A stretch of 64,000 nucleotides of DNA from Eukaryota sp. TZLM1-RC. Its lineage: Eukaryota > Protista > Metamonada: BaSk clade. The translations under genes and the position numbers were made by a program. A model generated the notes under the pieces. That model had not been told where the DNA came from, did not search any database, and saw only the letters and a list, made by a program, of their open reading frames with translations. The DNA lies in the NCBI GenBank assembly GCA_040285825.1, contig JAUPSS010000007.1, positions 1,583,475 through 1,647,474 of the forward strand, given 5' to 3'. Below, piece by piece: positions 63,972 to 64,000 of the stretch. Every line of letters starts with the position of its first letter. The stretch's first letter is position 1.

Positions 63972-64000
63972 TTCGACCTGATTTCAAGTAAGATCACCCC
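63972..64000 (+). rRNA. 28S: 28S (LSU) rRNA 5' end, truncated by the window edge
   Basis: TTCGACCTGATTTCAAGTAAGATCACCC fits the LSU 5' consensus and can pair with the 5.8S 3' end (ACTTGAATCAG). Confidence 0.85.

Overview
AT-rich eukaryotic DNA, most likely from a microbial eukaryote, running from a transposon-rich chromosomal segment into an rDNA unit. 2.4-7.3 kb is a head-to-tail cluster of 5'-truncated non-LTR retrotransposons (RT plus restriction-like endonuclease, CRE/SLACS-like). Two intact intronless genes follow: a Kelch/Cys-rich multi-pass membrane protein and a pseudokinase-coiled coil-kinase protein. Between them lie three copies of a composite ~2.02-kb repeat (B) and a short array of a ~460-bp satellite (A). 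A decayed Ty3/gypsy element (23652-29062, minus strand) has 186-bp LTRs, a chromodomain-like integrase tail and no tRNA primer site. Two more CRE-like copies precede ~28 kb of tandem repeats: 16 copies of satellite A, then a modular higher-order repeat C whose last copy runs into the putative 5' ETS. The window ends with 18S, ITS1, 5.8S, ITS2 and the first bases of 28S rRNA. The best leads are a possibly self-priming chromovirus whose gag starts inside the LTR, CRE-like elements joined to the rDNA-spacer repeats, a diverged spacer homologue 30-50 kb upstream, and a Kelch receptor fused to an ERGIC/ENaC-like two-TM module. All family assignments come from motifs read by eye; no searches were run.
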